Shown here: in pieces, positions 12,087 to 20,636 of the stretch | Layout: the number at the start of each line of letters is the position of its first letter | Position numbering within the stretch: the first letter of the stretch is position 1 | NCBI GenBank assembly: GCA_050250255.1 | Contig: JBFWOZ010000024.1 | Span: 1-44,590, forward strand | Source: Bdellovibrionales bacterium | GTDB lineage: Bacteria > Bdellovibrionota > Bdellovibrionia > Bdellovibrionales > DASUEL01 | Direction of reading: 5' to 3' | DNA: 44,590 bases | Notes under the pieces: generated by a model | What the model was told of the DNA's origin: nothing | What the model saw: only the letters and a program-made list of their open reading frames with translations | The model's database searches: none | Program-made: the position numbers and the translations under genes

Positions 12087-12899
12087 ATGGAAATGACGAA
12101 AAAGAAAAAACAGGAGTTCCGCATCTTTGTACAAGATGAACTTTTGCGACGTTGCCGCGATAATCCTCGCTACTCTTTGCGAGCTTTTGCCAAGGCATTG
12201 GGAATTGTCCCATCGGCACTGTCGGATATTCTCAACGGTAAAAGACCCGTTACGGTAGCGACTCGTGAGCGCCTGGGTCTCGCATTGGGATTAAAGCTCG
12301 AAGAGTTGAACCAGTACGGAATTAGTTCTAAAGCAAATTCGGCAGCTGGTGCGACTTCGATCCGCTCGGAATTTCAGCAAATCACTTTGGATACATATGC
12401 CATCATTTCAGATTGGTACCACTATGCCATTCTGGAATTGATTAAAGTGAAAGGATTTAAACCAGACCCTAAATGGATTGCGAAGTCCCTTAGCATTACA
12501 AAAAATGAAGCCAACTTTGCAATCGAGAGACTCGTAAGGGTTGGTCTGCTTGAGGTTGAACCATCGGGTCAATGGCGGGATCTAACTCAAGATAGTTACG
12601 CCACGAATATTAGCGGCAATCTAACCAGTGAAGCTTCACGTAAGTTACAAAAACAAATTTTAGAGAAATCGATTATCGCCTTGCAGGAAGTGGAACCACA
12701 AGAAAGAAATCACACGTCTATGACAATGGCGATAAATTCGAAATATTTGCCTGAAGCGACAGAAAGAATAAAAAATTTCCGTCGTGAGCTCTGTAAATAC
12801 TTAGAAAACAAACCTGAACCGAATCAAATTTATCACCTGGGTATTTCGTTATATCCAGTTACAAATATTAAGGAGAATTCTAATGAAAAAGATAATTAG
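12087..12899 (+). CDS. TIGR02147/DUF4423-family HTH protein
   Basis: NPRYSLRAFAK, ISDWYHYAILEL, ERNHTSMTMAI, IKNFRREL, YHLGISLYP. Confidence 0.88.
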   Translation: MEMTKKKKQEFRIFVQDELLRRCRDNPRYSLRAFAKALGIVPSALSDILNGKRPVTVATRERLGLALGLKLEELNQYGISSKANSAAGATSIRSEFQQITLDTYAIISDWYHYAILELIKVKGFKPDPKWIAKSLSITKNEANFAIERLVRVGLLEVEPSGQWRDLTQDSYATNISGNLTSEASRKLQKQILEKSIIALQEVEPQERNHTSMTMAINSKYLPEATERIKNFRRELCKYLENKPEPNQIYHLGISLYPVTNIKENSNEKDN

Positions 12900-13896
12900 C
12901 GTCTTAGCTGTTCTAATCTCTACCACCTTCGCGCTCGCCGGAAAAGAAGGCGGAGGAGGCGCCGCAGTTGTTTGTCAAACCTCTTCAGGTGTGACAGCGG
13001 AACTGTTAGATCTTTACAGTTTTGATCCAAATCAAAGCCGCATTGTTAGGACAAATGATCCCGTTGAAACGCAGATTCAGGAAGCGTTGAAGCGGTTGAA
13101 TTTTTTCGACCGCTATGAAGTCGTTGAGATCATCAAAAAAATGAAATTTGATATGCTCCCTCCGAATATCAGAATGTCTAAAGTAAGTGATTTGGGGAAA
13201 AATCCTGTATTTATGCGCGACAACTGCTCTCCTGAATGGGTCGCATTTTACGGTGCAGATGATAGTGTTAAAATCGTATCCAAATATTTTAATTTGATGA
13301 GTCCTACGGATCAAGCCGCACTTTATGTACATGAAGGAATCTATGAGCTTGCGCGAACAACAGCTGGTGACACAGACTCTTCACGTACACGCGCACTTGT
13401 TAACGAGCTCTTTAGTAAACAACCCAACGAAGAGACCATTGAAAAACTATTTGCTCCTTTAAGATATCGATCTGGAAATAAAATATTAGTCGATAAAGAG
13501 GAATTGAATATTGAAGTTCAAGTGACTCGCAAACGAGACAATGTTCAATTTTCCATTGATGATAAAAATGCCGTAATGGCATCACTCTTGTGTGATGGGA
13601 AGGCCATAAAGACAAGTTCAAATTTTAGTACAACACCAGACACAAAGAAAACAACTCAAGTAAAGGCCGTGTATCAAGTAAAAGCTAGTATTCTAGATTG
13701 CCGTGAACTGAACGTGAGTGTCCTCGCTGCATCAGGAGCAGATATACAGCGCGCTTTGTATTCTAACTCTAGACCATATCCGTATGAACGCTCTGAGTTT
13801 ATCCATGTAGTCATTAAAACAAATGGAAAAGTTCTTAGAGATGCCCCTTGGAACAACGCCTGGTCTTCGACATACAGATTTTATTTATCTCCGTAA
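12883..13896 (+). CDS. Secreted hypothetical protein
   Basis: Signal peptide followed by AGKEGGGGAAVVC; QAALYVHEGIY motif; AAGGAG RBS. Confidence 0.8.
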   Translation: MKKIISVLAVLISTTFALAGKEGGGGAAVVCQTSSGVTAELLDLYSFDPNQSRIVRTNDPVETQIQEALKRLNFFDRYEVVEIIKKMKFDMLPPNIRMSKVSDLGKNPVFMRDNCSPEWVAFYGADDSVKIVSKYFNLMSPTDQAALYVHEGIYELARTTAGDTDSSRTRALVNELFSKQPNEETIEKLFAPLRYRSGNKILVDKEELNIEVQVTRKRDNVQFSIDDKNAVMASLLCDGKAIKTSSNFSTTPDTKKTTQVKAVYQVKASILDCRELNVSVLAASGADIQRALYSNSRPYPYERSEFIHVVIKTNGKVLRDAPWNNAWSSTYRFYLSP

Positions 13897-13904
13897 GTAA
13901 TATA

Positions 13905-13940
13905 AAAACTAAACCCACCTACGATGGTGGGTTTAGTTTT
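13905..13940. terminator. Bidirectional intrinsic terminator
   Basis: AAAACTAAACCCACC-N6-GGTGGGTTTAGTTTT between convergent genes. Confidence 0.8.
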
Positions 13941-14101
13941 CGATTAGAAATCAAAGTGATATAAATCCAATAATTTAACAATGATAAAAAGGGATATAAA
14001 CTATCCGACTATATGTGGACTAAAAAGCGGAGTCGGGTCACTTAAAGTAAAAACCTAAAAAGCCCTAGGTGTCGACGAGAGCACCAGTCTGCAAGAGAAA
14101 A

Positions 14102-14920
14102 CTACTTTACCAAAAACCAATCTATATTTAAACACGCAAGCTCCTCTGAGGGAGAAGGGTCAACAATTTTAAAAACGTTCTCTATATTTTCAACCAGAAG
14201 TTCTCGAATAACATGCACATCCTTGACAGATATCGATACTGGGCTAGTAAAAAATAGCTCGGCATCTGAAACTCTATCTATTCGATCAAAAGCCTTTAGT
14301 CTCCAATTGGTATGATGTCGACTCACGAGCTCAGAGCTCGCCTCAAGATGGGTACTCTTCATGGTTGTATTTAACTTGCCATTTTCAAAGGTGCAAAACC
14401 CGTGCTCCAGCAAAAAATTAACCGTCTTTTTCACTGTTGAAAGTGGAAGCTGATGTCTTTCAGCAATAGCCTCTATCGTTTGGTATTTTTCAATGGATGT
14501 GCTTAAACGAATTCCACTGTAATACCACTGCGAATAAAATTTGGCTTTCACATTTTCATTCATCACTTGAGATGGAGGAATGCGGTCCTTTAAGTTTTGC
14601 CCCTTCTCACGAAGGGCGAGCAGTTTTTTTTTCATGCGATTACGAAGAGAGGGAGTTCCTGCTCGCATAAAATGAACTGAAGCTAAAAAGTAATCCACCT
14701 CAAGCTCATTTAATGCAAAGGCCTCACAATAACTATTGGCCTGCTCTAAAGTAAAGTGCCGCTCCTTTTGAAGAACCAAAGTGACAATTGTTGGGCTAGT
14801 GCCAATACTTCGCGCAATCAGAGAAAGTTGGCCATGACCACCTTTAGGACGACTTTTGAGATCAGATATAATAAAATCGCGGTAATCTTCGAAGTTAAAA
14901 AGTGTTGTATCTAACTGCAT
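14102..14920 (-). CDS. TIGR02147/DUF4423-family HTH protein
   Basis: LFNFEDYRDFI, FYSQWYYSGIRL, HHTNWR, LNIDWF. Confidence 0.85.
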   Translation of the reverse strand: MQLDTTLFNFEDYRDFIISDLKSRPKGGHGQLSLIARSIGTSPTIVTLVLQKERHFTLEQANSYCEAFALNELEVDYFLASVHFMRAGTPSLRNRMKKKLLALREKGQNLKDRIPPSQVMNENVKAKFYSQWYYSGIRLSTSIEKYQTIEAIAERHQLPLSTVKKTVNFLLEHGFCTFENGKLNTTMKSTHLEASSELVSRHHTNWRLKAFDRIDRVSDAELFFTSPVSISVKDVHVIRELLVENIENVFKIVDPSPSEELACLNIDWFLVK

Positions 14921-15056
14921 GTACTTAGCAAATCATACTTTTAATAAAAAGTTAAAAATATATGTAAATATTTAACAAAATTTATATATCTATACGCGTT
15001 AAGTACTGGTTTAATGGCTTGAAATTTGAACTCAGCCTAAGGGCTAAGGAGATCAT

Positions 15057-16595
15057 ATGAAACATGTTTTAGTTGGCTTTCTCGCTACTACAATACTGGC
15101 AATGCACGCGAACGCCAATGATCCAGACAAAAACAATTCCCACCCTTACATCGTGAAATCAGCATCAAATACTGTCAAAAAATTTGGTGGTTCTGATCGT
15201 GGCGGTGGAAAGCCAAAAGATGAAGGCATTGGTGTTTGGTATACACAAAAAGCGCAGTCTATTGCCCATGATATGCAACAATCATTGAATAAAAAATTAA
15301 TTAATGCGGTCGATAAAAATGACTTTAAAAAAGCAGAAGAAGCTCTCTTGGAGGGCGCACAAATCGATAGTGCATATCGAGATTACGTTGGAATCAAATT
15401 TTTTAAATGGAAAGACGAATGGGAAGTAACACCCTCACCACTATGGGTTGCCATTCAAAATGAAAACACGGAAATGGTGGAATTCTTAATTCAGCAAGGC
15501 GCCAACGTAAATGCAAAACAATGGGTAGCTAATTGGAGCCCATATTCCATACCACCAAAGACATCACGCGCATCTGACTATACCAATCAATATTATTCAG
15601 TTACTACACCTTTACTTCTTGCATTCAATATTGCTCAATACTCCCCTTCTCCAAAGCCAGCCCATTTTGATATTATCAAGCTTCTTTCAGCAGCAGGCGC
15701 TGATCCCACTATCAAAGCCGTGCAACATTCGTATTTTAAAGGAGGACTTACACATAAAGGTGCACGTCTTCAGCCGCGTATGAAAGCAAGGGAGATACCC
15801 TCAAACTTCTTCACTTGCAAAACTCCGCTCATAGAAGCTCTTGTGAACCCAAATCCAAATATCTCCCAGGAGTTTTTAGATGATCTTTTCGCGAAAGCTG
15901 CGTTGGAGTGTGACGATGAGAGGATGCTGGAAGTTTTAAAACAAAAAGGGGCACGTCTTCCAAAACATGGCTTTTATTTGGTTGATGTTCTGATGAACTA
16001 CGTAACGTCCTACGCGCACCAGAAGCATAAAGTTTGGAACGATCAGCCTCAGAGAATTCTTGCGAGAATAGAGCTCTTGCAGAAATGGGGCTTGAGTGTT
16101 GGAAGCGATTTGAACCCGCTTCTTCATACAGCGGCTAATTTGGGAAAACCTGGATTCGTAGAGTTTTGGATATCAAAAGGTGCAAATACAAAAAGCCTAG
16201 GCCAGAGCAGGGCATCCTTTTCAAGTGGCTACGGAAGTATTAAAGATCTGAATCATGAATATCGACCTGACAGGTATAAAGGCTTCCATACTCTCTTATT
16301 TAATGCCTTATTTTCGCGTGAAGAGTGGGGCAATAAAGCTTTTTGTACAGGTGATCAAGCTCGCCTTCAGACCATTCAGTACTTAGTCAGTGCAGGCGCA
16401 AATTTGAATGCCACAAACTGCCATGCGACATGTTTTTATTTAGACGGTTGCGAAAAGCAGGCGTTGTCACCCCTTTCAACGGTTCTCTCGTTAAAAGAGG
16501 CGTTCTTCTGTAAGGATAGCTCATATCTAAATGAGGCTGAGCAATTGTTACGTTCTCATGGAGCTATTGAGAAAACTGAGCCTTGTATTAAGTAA
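15057..16595 (+). CDS. Secreted ankyrin-repeat protein
   Basis: Signal peptide; repeats SPLWVAIQNENTEMVEFLIQQGANVNA, IIKLLSAAGADP, LLHTAANLG...GAN, YLVSAGANLNA. Confidence 0.82.
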   Translation: MKHVLVGFLATTILAMHANANDPDKNNSHPYIVKSASNTVKKFGGSDRGGGKPKDEGIGVWYTQKAQSIAHDMQQSLNKKLINAVDKNDFKKAEEALLEGAQIDSAYRDYVGIKFFKWKDEWEVTPSPLWVAIQNENTEMVEFLIQQGANVNAKQWVANWSPYSIPPKTSRASDYTNQYYSVTTPLLLAFNIAQYSPSPKPAHFDIIKLLSAAGADPTIKAVQHSYFKGGLTHKGARLQPRMKAREIPSNFFTCKTPLIEALVNPNPNISQEFLDDLFAKAALECDDERMLEVLKQKGARLPKHGFYLVDVLMNYVTSYAHQKHKVWNDQPQRILARIELLQKWGLSVGSDLNPLLHTAANLGKPGFVEFWISKGANTKSLGQSRASFSSGYGSIKDLNHEYRPDRYKGFHTLLFNALFSREEWGNKAFCTGDQARLQTIQYLVSAGANLNATNCHATCFYLDGCEKQALSPLSTVLSLKEAFFCKDSSYLNEAEQLLRSHGAIEKTEPCIK

Positions 16596-16603
16596 CCTGC
16601 TGA

Positions 16604-16731
16604 TCAGATCTCAAGATGGCTTTACACTACGGTCAGATACTTTCGACTCGTGCAAAAACGCAGTCAAGGTGGCAGACGAAAAGCGAAGACATTTGCGACT
16701 TGTACGGAAAAATCAAGACGAAGCCGTTTGA
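16604..16731 (+). pseudogene. Possible C-terminal remnant of a tyrosine recombinase (frameshifted)
   Basis: SDLKMALHYG resembles the GHSxxxMTxxY catalytic-Tyr box; after a frameshift in the A-run it continues NAVKVADEKRRHLRLVRKN; followed by GGGGCAA direct repeats. Confidence 0.4.
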
Positions 16732-16870
16732 CCGCCAGCAATCGCCGGTGGGGCAAATCGGGGCAATTTTTGAATTTTCTCAATCCTCACCGACCAAAAA
16801 CCGATATTGACAAGGTTCCCCACAAGTGATACACTTTATTTTGAATGATCGTCGGAAAAGGAGATATTTT

Positions 16871-17092
16871 ATGCCTACAAAACATCCCCGCCTAAATGTT
16901 GTTTTAGATAACGAACTCTATGAAATGGTCGAAAAAATATCTAAACAAGAAGACAAATCAATGTCTGTTGTTGCTAAAGAGCTTATTGAAGACGCGCTAG
17001 AAAAACATGAAGACTTGCTTTTATCCGAGATCGCAATGAAACGTGAATCTAAATCCAAAAAGACTGTTCCTCATGACAAAGCTTGGAAGTAA
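16871..17092 (+). CDS. Type II antitoxin (RHH/CopG-like)
   Basis: MPTKHPRLNVVLD...SMSVVAKELIEDALE...ED; GGAG RBS; overlaps the toxin gene. Confidence 0.8.
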   Translation: MPTKHPRLNVVLDNELYEMVEKISKQEDKSMSVVAKELIEDALEKHEDLLLSEIAMKRESKSKKTVPHDKAWK

Positions 17093-17357
17093 ACCATTTT
17101 CAATTGAATATCTCGAAACTGTCGTAGACGAAGATATTCCTGCGCTGCCAAAAACCATAAGGGCTCGAGTAAGAAAAGCGATTGAAACTCGTCTGACAGC
17201 CGACCCTGTTGGATTGGGTAGACCGCTTCGTTATAGTTTTATCGGGCATCGGCGAATTCGTGTTGGTGACTACAGGATTGTTTATAGGATCGACATTGAC
17301 CGAAACGCGGTGGTGGTTGTTCTCATTAAACATAGAAAACATGTTTATGAAGAGTGA
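17073..17357 (+). CDS. RelE/ParE-family toxin
   Basis: GRPLRYSFIGHRRIRVGDYRIVY...IKHRKHVY. Confidence 0.9.
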   Translation: MTKLGSKPFSIEYLETVVDEDIPALPKTIRARVRKAIETRLTADPVGLGRPLRYSFIGHRRIRVGDYRIVYRIDIDRNAVVVVLIKHRKHVYEE

Positions 17358-17366
17358 GTACGAGTA

Positions 17367-17539
17367 ATGCGTAAAGAATATAATCTATCAAAGTTAAAGT
17401 GGACCTCACCCAAATACCTTAAGAAATTGAGGCGCTCAGTAGCCAAACAGAATATTCCACTCATGAAATGAAACCTTCGGCCAATTGGCAACGCCTCAAT
17501 AAAAAACCTAGCAACCGTAAAGCAAGCAAAGCACCATAG
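17367..17539 (+). pseudogene. Possible degraded BrnA-type antitoxin
   Basis: MRKEYNLSKLK start resembles the BrnA MRKEYDFS N-terminus; the frame closes after 34 aa. Confidence 0.35.
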
Positions 17540-17580
17540 GGTTTTGGTCGAATTGACCAATTAGAGCGCGATCCTATCCA

Positions 17581-17725
17581 AAATGGTTAGTGAGTTTTAT
17601 GGATTACGACTTGGGGTACTTCGATGAAGAATCAAATCGTGTTGAACCGGGTGAAAACCCTTTTGGATCAAAAGTGTTACCCATGTCTTCGGTATAATCT
17701 GTAACCTATGTGACCGGTACGGACC
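17581..17725 (+). mobile_element. Remnant end of an IS481-like element: transposase C-terminus (17581-17697) plus terminal tandem repeats, abutting tRNA-Met
   Basis: KWLVSFMDYDLGYFDEESNRVEPGENPFGSKVLPMSSV*; 20-bp repeats at 17675-17694 and 17700-17719; 101/125 nt identical to 44466-44590 (inverted). Confidence 0.75.
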
Positions 17726-17734
17726 AGAGAAGTT

Positions 17735-17811
17735 TGGTAGCGAGGGAGGGACTTGAACCCCCGACACGCGGATTATGATTCCGCTGCTCTAACCAGCTGA
17801 GCTACCCCGCC
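17735..17811 (-). tRNA. tRNA-Met(CAT), elongator type
   Basis: GGCGGGGTAGCTCAGCTGGTTAGAGCAGCGGAATCATAATCCGCGTGTCGGGGGTTCAAGTCCCTCCCTCGCTACCA; 77 nt with encoded CCA (Ile2 identity not fully excluded). Confidence 0.95.
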
Positions 17812-17965
17812 ACATTGTGGAAACAAAATGAACGAGGAATGTAGTCAGATTTTCGCTCATGGTCAATATCAATGCCATGAGTCAGGCCCCTAGGATTGAC
17901 TCGACTTAGAGTTAGGTCTCCAATCAGAGAGAACCCCATTGATAGGGCTTCTTAACAGATAGAAT

Positions 17966-19405
17966 GTGGAGGGAATCTTGAAACACTTTCTGAAATTATC
18001 ACTCGTGGCCACAAGCCTTTTTTGGCTCGCTGGCTGTTCTCCGTCACCCCAGAATCCGACAGGGTCAGCGCAACCTATAACACCAAGCTTTGTCCCCAAT
18101 AACCAAATTCAAGTGATCAGCGGTGGCGTACCCGTTGCTCAAGCTAAAATCTTGATCGGCATGGGAAATCAAGGCCGTGATTTTTTAATGACTGATGAAA
18201 ACGGTCTGGTCACGATCCCCGCTTATTGGACAAATGCGGAGCACGTAACAATTGAAGCAAATGGTTTTATTCGCGCCACTTATTTAAACCAAATGCCAAC
18301 CGCAAAAGCATTTACGGTGCATCTCGCAGATATCAAACCCACCATCGAGGTCAAAGGAAACACCACACAGTTCCAACCTTATATTGTGGAAAAAGATGGA
18401 ATCGTGGATTTTGCTCTCGTACTTCCGCTCGTGAGCACAGAAGACATGCTTTTCTTTAATGAAAATTCTGTCCTCAGCACGGAAATGGATTACATCAGCA
18501 TTTTCGGCCAACGCATGGGAATTCCTTCCAATATTTCTGTTCCCGTACAAAAAGAAAAATATGGTCTCTTCACTTTCACTCTCAATAAACCCCTCTTCCG
18601 CTTCAAAGTTGCAAGACCTGGCAACATGAAACTTTTAGCGGCTCGAGGACGCGCTTCTTTAGGCGCACTGAAAGATCGCCTACCTCCAAATGAACTCATC
18701 AACCAAATCACGATTGCAGGTGGTGGAGTTCGCGCGACAACGGTTGCAAGCACCGGTGGGCAAGTGGATATTCCCGTGAACGAACTCAATTTTAATCAGA
18801 AGCTTGCAGTGACCGCACCACAACTTCCTCAAGGAACACATCTGCTCGCGGTTCCGTTGATCGCCGACGGCGCTCTCCGCTACCCTTCTGATGTGAAATC
18901 TTTAAAACCGATGGAATCTCGTCAGTTAACGGTTGCAGCTCAAGGGGCTTCCGAACTTGCGACCATCATCTCTCCACTTGATCGTACTGTGAGCAAAGCA
19001 GCAAGTGCCGCTCTCGTTCCCGTGAGACCCGCATCTCAAGCGCTGAAACACTTAGGGTTACCAGCAGCACCTACTGTCGCAAATAATCAAATCCAATTGT
19101 CATCGCCAACAATTCCTGCGGGGGTTATGGCGACTGGACTTTACATGACAAAGTCAGCGGTCACACTAACGACGGTTGAGGGCGAAACCATTGAGACCAT
19201 AGAGAGGAAATGGGAAGTCTACGGAGAAAAATGGGATACCGCAGTCACACTTCCGGTTCTTCCAGAAACTCACGAAGGTAAATCTCGTTGGGAAGCTTCC
19301 TTCCTCGCTCGAGATCAAGGAGTACGCCCACAAAAAACGGATGACGCTCGCTCTAATCTCTTTAATCAACTGAACTATGTTTCGCGCAATTCAGTGGATC
19401 TATAA
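17966..19405 (+). CDS. Hypothetical lipoprotein
   Basis: 479-aa ORF with lipobox LAGC; beta-rich composition. Confidence 0.8.
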   Translation: MEGILKHFLKLSLVATSLFWLAGCSPSPQNPTGSAQPITPSFVPNNQIQVISGGVPVAQAKILIGMGNQGRDFLMTDENGLVTIPAYWTNAEHVTIEANGFIRATYLNQMPTAKAFTVHLADIKPTIEVKGNTTQFQPYIVEKDGIVDFALVLPLVSTEDMLFFNENSVLSTEMDYISIFGQRMGIPSNISVPVQKEKYGLFTFTLNKPLFRFKVARPGNMKLLAARGRASLGALKDRLPPNELINQITIAGGGVRATTVASTGGQVDIPVNELNFNQKLAVTAPQLPQGTHLLAVPLIADGALRYPSDVKSLKPMESRQLTVAAQGASELATIISPLDRTVSKAASAALVPVRPASQALKHLGLPAAPTVANNQIQLSSPTIPAGVMATGLYMTKSAVTLTTVEGETIETIERKWEVYGEKWDTAVTLPVLPETHEGKSRWEASFLARDQGVRPQKTDDARSNLFNQLNYVSRNSVDL

Positions 19406-19883
19406 TTTCATTTTCATTCTGCTCTTAGGGGGTTGTGTGAACACCCCCGTTTCGGAATTTGAACGCGATTCTGCAGAGCCGGAACAACAAACCTTCTCCG
19501 AAGGCTATGAATCTGTTTGGCGAGCCGTACAGCTCGCCGTTGCCGAATACCCTATCAAAATTAGTAACCAAGATTCCGGCATCCTCGAAACCGAATTTAT
19601 CAAAGGCGATCAAGGCTGGAAAAAACCGGGACAAGCACGTCCACCGTCTGGTGGCCGTCGTTACAAAATCAACATTCGTGTTTTCAAAGCTCAAGGCCAA
19701 GAAGAAACCCGCGTGGTCGTCGCAAAGTATGCTGATGTAAAAAAGAATTTCTTCTCCGAAGTCAAAACTCTTCCTAGCGATGGTTTAGAAGAACTCTCCA
19801 TCATGTATCGCATTGAACGCGAGCTCAACATTGAGAAAGCCCGCCGTACAAACAATCAAGATGATTCTTTAGATATCGATTAA
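19377..19883 (+). CDS. Lipoprotein, BamC/NlpB-like fold
   Basis: Lipobox LGGC; YESVWRAV, DSGILETEF pattern. Confidence 0.6.
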   Translation: MFRAIQWIYNFIFILLLGGCVNTPVSEFERDSAEPEQQTFSEGYESVWRAVQLAVAEYPIKISNQDSGILETEFIKGDQGWKKPGQARPPSGGRRYKINIRVFKAQGQEETRVVVAKYADVKKNFFSEVKTLPSDGLEELSIMYRIERELNIEKARRTNNQDDSLDID

Positions 19884-20632
19884 AGCTGAGTGGGCATTGT
19901 TTCTGCCGCGAGGCTTAGCTGCGCAAAATGTTTTTTCCATAATGCGAGAGCCTTCTTAGGATCTTGATCCATGAATTTGCCCGTCAATCGCTCAAGACCT
20001 CTCATCGCCGGAACGTGAAGAGATTTATCTTTGTCTTCTAAGAGTTTTGCAAACTGACCCTCAGTTCCTCTTTGAGCAAGATCAGAAAGAGCAACAACAA
20101 TTTGTCTACGAATCCAAAGACTTTGTTCTCCGCGGAAATTTTCTGAAGCTTGAAGCTTTTCCCAGAGTAGAGTTTCGCTTGTCGTATCATGTAGATCATG
20201 CAGCACTCTGACCGCCGCCGTTCTTACCACTAGCGCTGGGTCACTCATCAGCTTCTTCGCCCACGCAATGGCTTTTTCGCGATTCACCTTTTCAAGACCC
20301 TTTAAGGCCGCATCACGCATGAACCAATCATTGGATTCAATGGCTCTCTCAAGATCCACGATGGATTCTTTATTTCCAAGCCAAGCCATAGAAATCACCG
20401 CGCGCCAACGTAGTTCATAGGGTTGATTGGTATCAAATGCCAACTGATGTAGTTCACGATAAACCGCCGGGCCTTTAGATCTTAAGGCTACCGTACGCTC
20501 TTCTAACTGAAGTTTTAAAATATCGGTCACGGCCATTGTTGATTTTTTAACAGAAGGGTTTTTAGGAACAGCGGCAAAGCTTGAATAAGTAATGAAGCCG
20601 TTCATTACAAGCACGGCAAGGATTTTTGTCAT
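19880..20632 (-). CDS. HEAT-repeat exported protein
   Basis: WFMRDAALKGL, DPALVVRTAAVRVL repeats; signal peptide from MTKIL. Confidence 0.8.
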   Translation of the reverse strand: MTKILAVLVMNGFITYSSFAAVPKNPSVKKSTMAVTDILKLQLEERTVALRSKGPAVYRELHQLAFDTNQPYELRWRAVISMAWLGNKESIVDLERAIESNDWFMRDAALKGLEKVNREKAIAWAKKLMSDPALVVRTAAVRVLHDLHDTTSETLLWEKLQASENFRGEQSLWIRRQIVVALSDLAQRGTEGQFAKLLEDKDKSLHVPAMRGLERLTGKFMDQDPKKALALWKKHFAQLSLAAETMPTQL

Positions 20633-20636
20633 GGCA

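Noticed and set aside
11641..12219. 192-aa minus-strand ORF
   Set aside because: Overlaps two well-supported plus-strand genes antisense and runs through a low-complexity tract
15015..15030. TGGCTTGAAATTTGAA as a sigma54 promoter for the ankyrin gene
   Set aside because: The -12 element is GA rather than GC in an AT-rich region; possible but not supportable
17675..17719. Tandem repeats as a CRISPR array
   Set aside because: Only two imperfect 20-bp units with a 5-nt gap, no spacers and no cas genes
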